64,000 bases of DNA, taken from a virus. Taxonomy: Duplodnaviria > Caudoviricetes. The notes below the pieces were generated by a model. It was not told the origin of the DNA and ran no database searches. It was given only the letters and a program-made list of their open reading frames with translations. The stretch is from the IMG/VR virus record IMGVR_UViG_3300028804_000002, positions 84,086 through 148,085 of that record; one strand, given 5' to 3'. This document shows positions 9,237 to 18,916 of the stretch, one piece after another; within the stretch, counting starts at the first letter, position 1, and the number at the start of each line of letters is the position of its first letter. A program made the translations under genes and the position numbers.

Positions 9237-9725
9237 TTATGCATGATGATGAATTGATTCATCACTTGGCTGTGATACTTTCATTTTTATTACCTTTGCA
9301 GGATCTGAAAAGAATCTTTTGCCAATTTCTTCTCTTTGTTCAGGACTTAAATTTGCAATTATTTTAGTAATGTATTTTAATTTAGGTTTTTTTGTTGAAA
9401 TACTACCATTTTGAGATTTAATATAAGTATCCCAAATGTATTTTTTCTGCTCTTTTGTGAGGATATCCCAGGCATCAATAACTTTACAAATTGTCATATT
9501 ACGTAACCCTTGTTTGGTTACATTTTCAGCAATTTTTACTGTTATTGATTTTTGCAGAACAACAGGATTTTCAGCTTTTTGTCCTTCTTCAGGTTTTTCA
9601 ACCTTTTTTCTTAAAAAGCAAGTAGCCACTATACCTGTATATTGTGCTCTACTCATTTGTTTACCCAAAAATTGTTTGTAATGCCATGATATATAATAAT
9701 CAAGGCCATTAATTGTGATCTTCAT
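9237..9725 (-). CDS. Hypothetical protein
   Basis: 162-aa ORF in tightly packed operon. Confidence 0.6.
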   Translation of the reverse strand: MKITINGLDYYISWHYKQFLGKQMSRAQYTGIVATCFLRKKVEKPEEGQKAENPVVLQKSITVKIAENVTKQGLRNMTICKVIDAWDILTKEQKKYIWDTYIKSQNGSISTKKPKLKYITKIIANLSPEQREEIGKRFFSDPAKVIKMKVSQPSDESIHHHA

Positions 9726-9737
9726 GATTTTATCATT

Positions 9738-10202
9738 TTAAATTAAACCTCTTTGTACAAATTCTTCGTAGATTTCTTGTTTAGTTAAACCCACTATTTT
9801 TCTGGGTAAAGCATTTTTCGTTTCACCCATATCTTCAGCTATCATATCCTCCACAAAATATAAAAGATTGTAGTGTTTCTTTACTATATTTTGTTTTTGA
9901 ATACTAAGTTCTATTTTTTGTTTTTCAATTGTTAAATATTTGTTTATTATCTCATTGGTCTTTCGGTTTTTTAAAATGTTAACAATTAAGTGTCCTTCTT
10001 TGCTCTGTAACACTTCTAAAAACTTCTTATATTTGTCTTCAGGTATTCTGAAAATTGTTGATATAGGTAATATTTTACTCATATCATATTTAGGAGCAAT
10101 TTCATGACTATATGGTTTAAGTTTGTTATTCTCCTCTTCAAATAAAGTACAAACTACATTATCTTCGTTTGGTTTAAATCTAATAAGTGCTACAGTAGTC
10201 AT
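9738..10202 (-). CDS. Hypothetical protein
   Basis: 154-aa ORF in operon. Confidence 0.6.
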   Translation of the reverse strand: MTTVALIRFKPNEDNVVCTLFEEENNKLKPYSHEIAPKYDMSKILPISTIFRIPEDKYKKFLEVLQSKEGHLIVNILKNRKTNEIINKYLTIEKQKIELSIQKQNIVKKHYNLLYFVEDMIAEDMGETKNALPRKIVGLTKQEIYEEFVQRGLI

Positions 10203-10213
10203 TTTGTTGGAAT

Positions 10214-10765
10214 TTAATTGGTTAGAAATGAATTTGTAGAAGCAAGATCACCTTTGTAATCTAATAATTCTTTGGTTGATTTTATCTTAACATTTTTTGC
10301 TGCATTAGAGTGATCAGAACCCATCATTGGATAATTTTTAGAAGCAATCATATTTGCTTCTGTAAGTCTTTCTAAAGGATCTTCCTTTTTTGAATTTTCA
10401 AGAGTCTCAAAAAATGTTTTGGTATAATCTTTTCCAGCATTATATAATGGATTATCCCATAAATTTCTTATAAAATTAAGTAATATTAGATTCTTGTTAT
10501 AATCGTTTTTCAGTAGTTGATATTTAATATAAACAACATTTTCTCTTTTTAAAAAAACACAGGGAGTTATTTGATTTATAATTCCAATAAGTAGTTCCTG
10601 ATATTTTTTGGTTTCAGGTTCTTCATAATTGGTTATATAAATATACTTTGGTCCATTTTTTACTAAAAAAGTTTTAATTCCAGCCCAACAAGAAGTATTA
10701 TTATTTTTAGTAAACACTTTATTTACAAATCCGTAATAATGACAACCTATTCTTCTTCTTAACAT
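10214..10765 (-). CDS. Hypothetical protein
   Basis: 183-aa ORF in operon. Confidence 0.6.
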   Translation of the reverse strand: MLRRRIGCHYYGFVNKVFTKNNNTSCWAGIKTFLVKNGPKYIYITNYEEPETKKYQELLIGIINQITPCVFLKRENVVYIKYQLLKNDYNKNLILLNFIRNLWDNPLYNAGKDYTKTFFETLENSKKEDPLERLTEANMIASKNYPMMGSDHSNAAKNVKIKSTKELLDYKGDLASTNSFLTN

Positions 10766-10856
10766 AATTTTTAATTTAAAAAATAAGGCCCTCTAATTTT
10801 ATTTAAAGGGCCTTTCGGGTTTAAGCATCAGCGGGAAGTGCTAACAATTTAAATAG

Positions 10857-11222
10857 TGGAGGTGTCCGGGGCGAACCGGAGTCCAAACATTGATTAATAA
10901 ACCTATTCTTACAAGCTTAGTACTGTATTTCTACTGCACCGTAAGGGGCTCGAATGCCGAGCGCTCCACCAGATGGTTCAAAACCAACAATTCTGCTTTT
11001 TTGATATCGATTATGTTCCTAAGGAGATACCTACCTTGTGCAATTAAGCGGCCATTTTTACTGAGTAAGAAGAACCTGCTTTTCTGCTGGAGAAAGCCAT
11101 ATTGATGATCTTTGCTCCGTTGTTTGACGTTTTGTCATTTATTGTTTAGTGATTATTTTAAGAATCACTGACTATTGCTTGCAGATTTACCTTTCAAATG
11201 CTGTCAAAACATACACACCCCC
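10857..11222 (-). ncRNA. ssrA: tmRNA (SsrA)
   Basis: 5' GGGGGTG pairs with 3' CACCTCC-A including G3:U70; TTTGAC after the acceptor; T-arm CCGG-TTCGC-CCCGG; internal tag ORF ends ...MAA-TAA (11136-11044). Confidence 0.92.
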
Positions 11223-11232
11223 ACTTTCTATA

Positions 11233-11856
11233 TTAATTAACGGCTGATAATAATGGATTTATTGTAAAATAATCTTCTCTTCCATGTACACCCTTTCCAA
11301 CAATTCTTATAAATTGTCTGTTACTTGAGTGCTTTTGATTAATACACTCATGCGGTGTAAATATACTAATTTTAGCAAGTTCTCCTTCTTTAAGGAGTAT
11401 ACCTGTATTTTCAGGATAGTTATCAATATATGCACTAAGATCACCATCTTCAGTGAAAGATCTATCTTCAACATCCCATACTCTGCAGGTATTTGAAATA
11501 CTATTGGCTATCAATACCATAGTATCATCATCAAGAATGGTTTTGTAACCTCCACCCCAACTACCTCCTTCACTTCCTCCCCAATGATTTTTATTACTTC
11601 CAACTTCAATATGAACATTTCTTTTAATTCCAGATGCATTATAACCCCTTTGAGATGATCCTCCTTTTACAAAAGATTCATTTATTGTCAAAAAACCAAT
11701 TTCTCCTTTTTCAAGAAAATTGTTATTTATTATGTCAGAATATGATTTATACTGGGATGGTAAAGAAGAAGCATCACCTTGTATAAAGGGCATCATGTGA
11801 CAATTAACACCAGAAAATTGTGGAAATAATATATTTCCAATTATTAATTTATTCAT
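11233..11856 (-). CDS. Putative 2OG-Fe(II)/DSBH oxygenase-like protein
   Basis: HIE ... TPHE ... RQFIR (HxE...H...R) pattern. Confidence 0.55.
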   Translation of the reverse strand: MNKLIIGNILFPQFSGVNCHMMPFIQGDASSLPSQYKSYSDIINNNFLEKGEIGFLTINESFVKGGSSQRGYNASGIKRNVHIEVGSNKNHWGGSEGGSWGGGYKTILDDDTMVLIANSISNTCRVWDVEDRSFTEDGDLSAYIDNYPENTGILLKEGELAKISIFTPHECINQKHSSNRQFIRIVGKGVHGREDYFTINPLLSAVN

Positions 11857-11864
11857 AAATTTGA

Positions 11865-12122
11865 TTAGGTATCGTCAAATTCTTTTTTAATTTTTTTAAT
11901 TTCTTCTAGAGGTATTTCTTCTATCTCTAATTCAATATTTTCTTCTTTTGGTTCTATAGGACTAAAGTCATTAAATGGATCATTAATTTCTACTCCAGAA
12001 TCGGCAGCAATAAGCTCTTGCTCTTTTTCATCTGTAAGTTCCAAATACTGTTCCATAGTTAATAGAACTGTTTTACCTGTGCTTAATTGATATTTTACCA
12101 CTTTTGTTAGTTTTATACACAA
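11865..12122 (-). CDS. Acidic hypothetical protein (true start probably a downstream GTG)
   Basis: YQLSTGK...DPF; the listed start overlaps the -7 box. Confidence 0.55.
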   Translation of the reverse strand: MCIKLTKVVKYQLSTGKTVLLTMEQYLELTDEKEQELIAADSGVEINDPFNDFSPIEPKEENIELEIEEIPLEEIKKIKKEFDDT

Positions 12123-12151
12123 AAGTAAATAAAATACTATTATAAAACAAT
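12120..12151 (-). promoter_or_regulatory. Primary-sigma promoter ATTG-N20-TACTTTTG
   Basis: Same 20-nt spacing; upstream of the oxygenase and tmRNA. Confidence 0.6.
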
Positions 12152-12465
12152 TAATATTTAAGATTAATTTCCAAATATTCAGGGTTTATAGCTATATGTC
12201 CGCGTTTTTCTTTTTCTAATATATTAAGTTTTCTCATATAACTTAATGTATTTCTAGCACATTGTTTATGTTTATATATTCCATTTTTAGTAATTATATC
12301 ACATATTATTTCTGGTGATTTATTCTTATTTTTATATATAATAAGTAATATATCTGCCATTCTACGACGATGATAACAAATTTTAAATCTAACGAAATTA
12401 GCTAAAAATACGGTTATTAAAAAATCATCTCTTCTATTAGTTTTTATTATAATATTATATTTCAT
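12151..12465 (-). CDS. Possible winged-helix protein
   Basis: RNTLSYMRKLNIL...INPEY resembles the C-terminus of 40802. Confidence 0.4.
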   Translation of the reverse strand: MKYNIIIKTNRRDDFLITVFLANFVRFKICYHRRRMADILLIIYKNKNKSPEIICDIITKNGIYKHKQCARNTLSYMRKLNILEKEKRGHIAINPEYLEINLKY

Positions 12466-12845
12466 AAACTTTTATTTCTTAAAAGTATTATCGTCATAAG
12501 ACTTCCATTAGTACTAGTATAATCCATTTTGTTAATTATGCAATCTTTAAAAGTAGTTTCTATTTTTTGTACTCTATTACGATTTACATCAACTTGAATT
12601 ATGTTTCTCAATGCATAATCTTTTGCTATCCTTTTCACTAAGTCTCTTAATTCTTGATCAGAATAACTCATTAAATTAACAAATGAAGCTATTATTGACA
12701 TTTGACAATTATGTGTTGGCCCATCAATAGTTTCAATTCTATGTTCAAGCTGTCCAGTCTTTTTAACATAAAGTGTTCTTACTTGACCAACTCCAGTAGT
12801 AATATTAGCTCCAAGTTTTATTTCAATTTTTGGTTCTTCAGTCAT
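12462..12845 (-). CDS. Hypothetical protein
   Basis: 127-aa ORF with overlaps at both ends. Confidence 0.6.
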   Translation of the reverse strand: MTEEPKIEIKLGANITTGVGQVRTLYVKKTGQLEHRIETIDGPTHNCQMSIIASFVNLMSYSDQELRDLVKRIAKDYALRNIIQVDVNRNRVQKIETTFKDCIINKMDYTSTNGSLMTIILLRNKSL

Positions 12846-13278
12846 CGCTTAAATATTTTAATTCTTTTTCAGAAAGTCTATTAAAATTCGGATCTATATC
12901 AAGATCTTCTTTATTAAATTTTATAGTATTTTTAGCATTTTTTATTCTTTTTTGCCATATACTAAGAAGACTTCTATAGTCTGGATTATTTCTCACATGA
13001 TTAATAGCTTTATAAACAAAAGCATTTATTTGATCTTTTGTATACATGCTTATTAAGTTGTCAAACTCAAATGGTAAGCTTTTCTGAGTTTTGACTAATT
13101 CAGTAATATAAAAACTGTCAGAATTTATTTTCATTTCAAGTTTTTTATTACTTTCTGCCAACGCTTTTTTTTCTTTTAAAATAGTATCATATTGTTCTTT
13201 TGTATATAATCCTATTAAATTAAGAAGGTTTATTATTTTCATCTTCATCCTTTTCGTAGATAACTCTATTACCATCAA
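12838..13278 (-). CDS. Hypothetical protein (start uncertain)
   Basis: Coiled-coil N-half. Confidence 0.55.
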   Translation of the reverse strand: MMVIELSTKRMKMKIINLLNLIGLYTKEQYDTILKEKKALAESNKKLEMKINSDSFYITELVKTQKSLPFEFDNLISMYTKDQINAFVYKAINHVRNNPDYRSLLSIWQKRIKNAKNTIKFNKEDLDIDPNFNRLSEKELKYLSDD

Positions 13279-13489
13279 GATTTACTGTTGATGCTACTCC
13301 AGGTGCAGGTGGTAATTGAGGCATTTTATGTTTATGAATTTGATCTAATAAAAAACTATATATATTTATAGATTTTTTACAAAGTATATCAACTTCATCT
13401 AAAAAAATTCTTCGTTCATCGTCTGATATTTCTTCATATTCTCCTTTTGGTGGTAAGTTATCATTTATTATTGCTGCTGCGTCTCCCAT
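13220..13489 (-). CDS. Hypothetical protein
   Basis: 89-aa ORF. Confidence 0.5.
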   Translation of the reverse strand: MGDAAAIINDNLPPKGEYEEISDDERRIFLDEVDILCKKSINIYSFLLDQIHKHKMPQLPPAPGVASTVNLDGNRVIYEKDEDENNKPS

Positions 13490-13505
13490 AAAATTAAATT
13501 TTAAT

Positions 13506-13734
13506 AAGTGAGTAAAACTAGAAATAATGAAAAGTCACCAGCACTGTCATCCAGGCATAGGTTAATTAGGTTATCCTTTAATCCATGTTTCATTCCGTCA
13601 TCAATAAAATTTCATAACCTTCAACAGAAACTGTTAAATTGAATTCTATTTTATATCCCACATCTTTACTTAGGAAGGACTCACCAAAAAATTATTATTA
13701 CTTTATATCATTACTTCTAGCTTTAACATCACTT
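13506..13734 (-). ncRNA. Candidate stem-closed ncRNA
   Basis: ORF-free; ctagaaataatga (13518) / tcattacttctag (13708) 12-of-13 inverted repeat plus outer aagtga/tcactt. Confidence 0.45.
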
Positions 13735-13768
13735 GTCTATTAGTCTATCACAAGGATAACTAATTAGT

Positions 13769-14197
13769 TTAGTTAATAACTTCAAATTCAGCTTCAATGG
13801 TATTATTTAATAATTCTTCGGACTCAATAATTTTTTCTATCTTTGATAATGCTTGTAGTATTCTACCTTTAATGGTTTTATGAGTAATATTTAAAGGTTT
13901 ACATACTTTAAGATCACCATCATTTATTGCAGATACTATAACTCCTTGTTCTAATAATAATTCATTATAATAAATCATTTTAGATTTCAATACAGGATAA
14001 AGATATTTTATAAACAAATCATTAAACTGTTTTGCTTCTGATATAAAGCTTATATTATACCATTTTGAGATATGACAATCCTCTACTCCTAACCAAGCTA
14101 ATGCACATTTGGCATTATTTTTTTCAAGATTCTTTTCACAAAATTGATGAAATGGTATTTTTTGAAATTTTTCTTTATAGTATTGTATAGTAAACAT
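13769..14197 (-). CDS. Hypothetical protein
   Basis: KCALAWLG...SAINDG. Confidence 0.6.
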   Translation of the reverse strand: MFTIQYYKEKFQKIPFHQFCEKNLEKNNAKCALAWLGVEDCHISKWYNISFISEAKQFNDLFIKYLYPVLKSKMIYYNELLLEQGVIVSAINDGDLKVCKPLNITHKTIKGRILQALSKIEKIIESEELLNNTIEAEFEVIN

Positions 14198-14203
14198 ATT
14201 ATT

Positions 14204-14865
14204 TTAATTTGAATCAAATAATGCTGAAATTAATGCTATTGGTATTACTATTGGTACCAGAGCTACAAAATATAAATACGCTGATTTACTAGGTTTATCC
14301 TCTTTATCTTTACTTATAAATATAGTTATTGCATAAATAAGCATAATAATCCAACACAATAGTGAATATATTAATATACCAATCATCTGTTATAATTTAT
14401 AAATTTGAAGAAATATTTATTAATATTCTTTATAATTTTTTACTTTAAAAAAATAATCTTGGTTATCATCAAAATATTTTATAATCCAAAGCATTAATGC
14501 AAACCATGATAATATTATTGAAAATATTACTTGTTGTTTGATTGCTGGAACACGAGACTCCCATGCATTTGCATAACATCTCATGAGAGAAAAATAAGAA
14601 CCAATTAAATAAGTTAGAAGTACTATTATAGCCATTTTGGTGGTTTTTGTGGTAATTTAATTAAGTATTCTATTTCAGACATAAATACTATTAAAATACC
14701 TATTAATGGAAAAAAGATAGATAAAATCATAACTGGAAATATATGCTTCCACTCCCATAAATGTTTTTGTTTTTTCTTTTCAGAAGCTAATTTATCTAAT
14801 CCTTTTATAGAATAATAAGTAATAACTACTGACAATAAATACAAAATTATATATACAATTACCAT
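14204..14865 (-). CDS. Three tandem small 2-TM membrane proteins (14204-14386, 14420-14635, 14626-14865)
   Basis: Each ORF 60-79 aa with two hydrophobic helices. Confidence 0.6.
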
Positions 14866-14881
14866 AAAAGAGAATTTTAAA

Positions 14882-14927
14882 ATAGCCCCTAATAAAAAGG
14901 TTTTAATAATCTTTTTATTGGGGCTAT
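14882..14927 (-). terminator. Long hairpin/terminator
   Basis: atagcccc-aataaaaagg ... ctttttattggggctat. Confidence 0.55.
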
Positions 14928-15070
14928 CATTAAGCTTATATAATTAATCAGATTATTGCAATTCTACTATATCTATATAGGACTTACTCTGAGTTTACCT
15001 AGGTAAGATATAATAATACAAGACCTGCCGGTACAATGTTCTGACATAATCTATAATTAATTAATTTCAC

Positions 15071-15322
15071 TTAATTATTTTTTAAAACAGGCTTATCATT
15101 AAGTATTAAATATAACTCAAAAGAATCACTTCTATATTCTCTCCATTCTATTGTATCTCTTGGAGAATAATGGTTATCAATAGAAATATATTTAATTACA
15201 TTATTTTTAAGCTTTTTACACCTCATTTTCTTGTTAGTTTCATATTCTTCAAGATTACAAGATACAAGAAATATTAATAATATGGATAATAAATATTTCA
15301 TATTAATGAGCTTTTTTTTCAA
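15071..15322 (-). CDS. Putative lipoprotein
   Basis: MKYLLSILLIFLVSC lipobox; similar to 18913. Confidence 0.6.
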   Translation of the reverse strand: MKKKLINMKYLLSILLIFLVSCNLEEYETNKKMRCKKLKNNVIKYISIDNHYSPRDTIEWREYRSDSFELYLILNDKPVLKNN

Positions 15323-15539
15323 TATTAGATATCTCTTTTTTTATTCTTTGATATTCATGATCTTTAGATAAATCAAGAGGTTTCTCAAGCTCTGAGTTTG
15401 TACTTTCAATTAAAGCAATTTTTGTTTTCAATCCAATCAATGCTTTTTTACGGCGCATAATAGCATAACCATTAGAATTTTTCTTTCTCAATTTGTATCT
15501 TTCGTGTCCTGTTCTACTTTTGTACGTACTTTTACTCAT
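15303..15539 (-). CDS. Basic hypothetical protein
   Basis: K/R-rich, 78 aa. Confidence 0.55.
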   Translation of the reverse strand: MSKSTYKSRTGHERYKLRKKNSNGYAIMRRKKALIGLKTKIALIESTNSELEKPLDLSKDHEYQRIKKEISNIEKKAH

Positions 15540-15545
15540 CTTTTT

Positions 15546-16100
15546 TTATTTTTTAATGTAAATGGATTGTCCTCCTGTAATTAATTGAAGATTCTTCTTA
15601 CTATTTGTAATAATAAACCCACATGGAAATATTATTGCTCCTGATTTACATTTACTAATAATCATATCCATAAGAGCATCCATTTTTTCATTATTTTTAA
15701 GAGGTTTATAAAGATATATTACATCTGCATCATAATAATCTTCATATTCTTCAGCTCTTCCATAAAATACATTTATATTATTATGAAAAATTTTATATTC
15801 TTCTCTAAATTCAATACCCTTTGGTCTAAAATTGGCATATTTTGCTAAATAAAGAATATTACCTTTTCCACAACCAACATCAAGGAAATTTTTGTGTTCT
15901 GGAAATGTCTTTCTTATTTGAAGCATTGTTTCTAAAACATCTCCATTGATTGGTATTGCTACAAATTCTTCTTGTCTGTCTGTTATTGGATCTAATCTCT
16001 TGTTATCAGCAAATATTCCTCTCATTCCTTCATAAAAATCTCGTACTGAAAGATAAGCAATTTCTTCTCTTTTATTTAGAAGTTTTAATTTTTTTATCAT
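15546..16100 (-). CDS. Class I SAM-dependent methyltransferase
   Basis: FLDVGCGKGN, GIEF, ADVIYLYKP. Confidence 0.85.
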   Translation of the reverse strand: MIKKLKLLNKREEIAYLSVRDFYEGMRGIFADNKRLDPITDRQEEFVAIPINGDVLETMLQIRKTFPEHKNFLDVGCGKGNILYLAKYANFRPKGIEFREEYKIFHNNINVFYGRAEEYEDYYDADVIYLYKPLKNNEKMDALMDMIISKCKSGAIIFPCGFIITNSKKNLQLITGGQSIYIKK

Positions 16101-16101
16101 A

Positions 16102-16553
16102 CTAAAACATTATATTGTGAACTATTTGCATTATTCCAAAAAATGATCCACAAATAAGTAATATTACCGCAACCCAAGACATAAACTTAATAAAGTCTGT
16201 ATTTTTATTTATATGTTCAAAAAATGATATTTGAGCTTTTTTAGCTCTAAAGAAAGATATCATCATACAAACTGTTGAAAATAGAAATAAAACTACTCCA
16301 AAGCTTATAAGATATTGTACTATTGGATCTGTTATTTTATTCATAAAAAAGTTTAAAAAATATAATTAATAATATTTACTAACATCCATATTATTGTGCT
16401 TAAAGATGACCAGAATAATATGCCAAATGCTATATCGTTTATAGTAACGATTTTAAATTGTATTACATCAAGTAACATTCTCTTAGGGAGAAGTAGTACT
16501 ATTCTTAATACAATTGCTGCAAAAATAAGTAATAAAAGATAAAGTATTATCAT
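16102..16553 (-). CDS. Two small 2-TM membrane proteins (16102-16344, 16353-16553)
   Basis: Hydrophobic helices. Confidence 0.55.
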
Positions 16554-16555
16554 TT

Positions 16556-16825
16556 TTATTGTTTTTCTTTTGTTTCTGTTTTCTTTTTCTTACCTTTTGT
16601 ACGAACTTTACCATTTAGTCTCATATAGTCTTTAGAAGCAATATGTTTATTTATCTTTATAACTGCTGCTCTCCTCCTTCTTTTCTTTCTAAACTCTTTT
16701 AATTGATCAAGAGCTTCTCTGGTATTGTTTCTACTAATACCATATTTTTGCATAAGTCTTTTAGCAGTTTTGGAATATCCATATTTCTTCTTAAATGCTG
16801 CTCCTTTTGATTCAGTTTGTTGCAT
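16556..16825 (-). CDS. Highly basic protein
   Basis: ATG 16825 (MQQTESKG...), RKKRRRR. Confidence 0.55.
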   Translation of the reverse strand: MQQTESKGAAFKKKYGYSKTAKRLMQKYGISRNNTREALDQLKEFRKKRRRRAAVIKINKHIASKDYMRLNGKVRTKGKKKKTETKEKQ

Positions 16826-17030
16826 TTTTACTTTTTTTCTCAAGTTTAATAATTTCAGGTTCATGTCCATCATTAAGACATCTATCAATTAAAAATTGTT
16901 TGAATATAGTGTGTTTGCAAGTAGTAAAAGATAACCAAATTGGCTTACCTAGATTATCTATTGACATACTAACTTCTTGATATAAGTCACAAAATGGACA
17001 TACCAAGAATTTTTTTTCTATATTCTTCAT
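16812..17030 (-). CDS. Small Zn-ribbon protein
   Basis: CPFC...CKH. Confidence 0.45.
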   Translation of the reverse strand: MKNIEKKFLVCPFCDLYQEVSMSIDNLGKPIWLSFTTCKHTIFKQFLIDRCLNDGHEPEIIKLEKKSKNATN

Positions 17031-17362
17031 AACTTCTCCATTTTTATTGGTATCATTTCCTTAAAAGTTTTTTCAATAATTTTGTGAGTTTTTGACCATT
17101 TCCAAACTCTTCCAAAATTCATTATATTGTATTTTGAAAGCATTGATGGAGTTGTTCTCATTATTATAAAACTTCCAATAGATATTGCTTGTCCTCCAAG
17201 ATAAGTATATGATGGTGAATTTTTGTTCTTTTCTTTTACTAATTTATTTGACCATTCCTTATCTTTAAGATACCAACCATGAGTTACTAGTAAAAGTATT
17301 TCTTTACCAAATATTAAAGTAATAATAAAAAATCCTAATGATATGTATATTATATATTCCAT
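17027..17362 (-). CDS. Membrane-anchored hypothetical protein
   Basis: N-terminal TM helix. Confidence 0.55.
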   Translation of the reverse strand: MEYIIYISLGFFIITLIFGKEILLLVTHGWYLKDKEWSNKLVKEKNKNSPSYTYLGGQAISIGSFIIMRTTPSMLSKYNIMNFGRVWKWSKTHKIIEKTFKEMIPIKMEKL

Positions 17363-17373
17363 TTAACAAGTTT

Positions 17374-17649
17374 TTAAAAATACCATCTACCTTCAATTAT
17401 GTAACTTTTAATACACATAATTAAGATATATAATCCATATAAAATTAATCCAGTTATTCCTAATAAGATAATACCAATTAAACCACAAAATAAAGTAGTA
17501 TAAAAATAATAACTTATAGTTCCTGGTTTTGGCTGAGATTCACCTTTTTCTTTAACAAATTCAGTTATATATACTACATATCCTATACCATAAAGAATTA
17601 ATGGACATAGTATTCCAATGAATATTACAATTGCAAATCTTCTTAACAT
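17374..17649 (-). CDS. 2-TM membrane protein
   Basis: ATG 17649 preferred; the listed upstream extension runs into a hairpin. Confidence 0.55.
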   Translation of the reverse strand: MLRRFAIVIFIGILCPLILYGIGYVVYITEFVKEKGESQPKPGTISYYFYTTLFCGLIGIILLGITGLILYGLYILIMCIKSYIIEGRWYF

Positions 17650-17859
17650 AATTTTTAAGTTTAAAAAGTCATCGAGGGCTGAAGACAAACCGAATACAGC
17701 TAAGTATAAAGCCGGTTTGCCCTCTAGTCCAAGATGTAAACTCTTATTTGGAGAGTTTACAGTATAGCTAATAGTTAAACCAGTTTAAAGTAAACCTATA
17801 GCTAAAAAATTGAAAAGGAAGTAATTAAAACCTTCCTTTATAATAAGTGTAATTGCAAC

Positions 17860-18306
17860 TTATTTCTTTAACGAGTCTTTTGGAGTAATATTAATAAAAT
17901 AGACTGTATCTTTTTTATTATCTCCTCCAAATATTGATTTTAATGGATGTCTATCTTCAATAATGACATCTTTAACAAAGTAATTTGTATGTCCTCTGTT
18001 TCCAAACCAGTTTTTACCATATGTTTCATGATAAATAACCCTCACTTTCCAATTTTCTCTTACTGCACTGTCCAATAAATTTATAATTCTTTGATCCGGA
18101 GCATCATTATCTATTGAAAAATCAAATTCAACAGCATTAGATGTCATTCCAGTTTGTGATACATTCATTTCGCCTTCATAACTTTTCCAAATCATACCTT
18201 TTTCAGTAAATTTGGTAATAAAACCAATTCTTTCTCCATTTGAATAATTTTCTGAGCAACTGGAGAATATTGGTGAAACTAATAAGATTAACAATAATTT
18301 TTTCAT
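17860..18306 (-). CDS. Lipoprotein of the YSxGERxG...KGxIWKSYEGE family
   Basis: Lipobox FSSC; motif recognised from Bacteroidota/phage lipoproteins. Confidence 0.7.
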   Translation of the reverse strand: MKKLLLILLVSPIFSSCSENYSNGERIGFITKFTEKGMIWKSYEGEMNVSQTGMTSNAVEFDFSIDNDAPDQRIINLLDSAVRENWKVRVIYHETYGKNWFGNRGHTNYFVKDVIIEDRHPLKSIFGGDNKKDTVYFINITPKDSLKK

Positions 18307-18557
18307 GTGAGTTGTTTTTGTGGATACATTTTATCTGTTAGGCGATATTTGTTTTGTTTTTTATTTGGTATTCGTTCAAGATAACCCTTATTTATAAGAC
18401 CGTTTCTTAATCTTATAACAGTTCTTTGACTTATTCTTAAACTCTTCTCAATATCAATTATTTTAACAGTATTATTTTCATACATAAGTAATATCATGTA
18501 TTCTAGTAGTTCAAGATTAGTTTCTTGAAAATGTTTTGTATGAAAATAGATAGTCAT
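18303..18557 (-). CDS. Winged HTH DNA-binding protein
   Basis: DIEKSLRISQRTVIRLRNGLINKGYLER...YRLT. Confidence 0.75.
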   Translation of the reverse strand: MTIYFHTKHFQETNLELLEYMILLMYENNTVKIIDIEKSLRISQRTVIRLRNGLINKGYLERIPNKKQNKYRLTDKMYPQKQLT

Positions 18558-18559
18558 AT

Positions 18560-18916
18560 TTAAAATTTTTCTAATTCATTAATTTTTATATTCTTTTTAC
18601 ACCATTTATAATATTTTATATACCAATATAAAGAATATGGACAAAAATAAGTAATAATAGAATTATTTAAGTAATGTCCATCTTTTAATTTAAAATCATT
18701 TTTGTCTGTAAACCAAATAAATCCATTACGCCTACGCATAAATCTAGTAAATTCATAATCATATATTTGGTCATTATTATAATTATAAAATGTTTTTAAT
18801 GGTAAAGAATTATAAATTTCTTTATATAATCTAAAATTATATGATAAAGTTATTGTTGCTGAAAATGAAAATAAAAATAATATAATTAATATTATTTGGA
18901 TAAATGTAATTATCAT
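18560..18916 (-). CDS. Membrane-anchored hypothetical protein
   Basis: N-terminal TM helix. Confidence 0.55.
   Translation of the reverse strand: MIITFIQIILIILFLFSFSATITLSYNFRLYKEIYNSLPLKTFYNYNNDQIYDYEFTRFMRRRNGFIWFTDKNDFKLKDGHYLNNSIITYFCPYSLYWYIKYYKWCKKNIKINELEKF

Noticed and set aside
10890-11105. 71-aa plus-strand ORF
   Set aside because: Antisense to the tmRNA, TTG start; shadow ORF
17679-17724. ctgaaga as a second hammerhead core (also 29462-29468 on the minus strand)
   Set aside because: No stem II closing onto GAAA and no stem III/NUH
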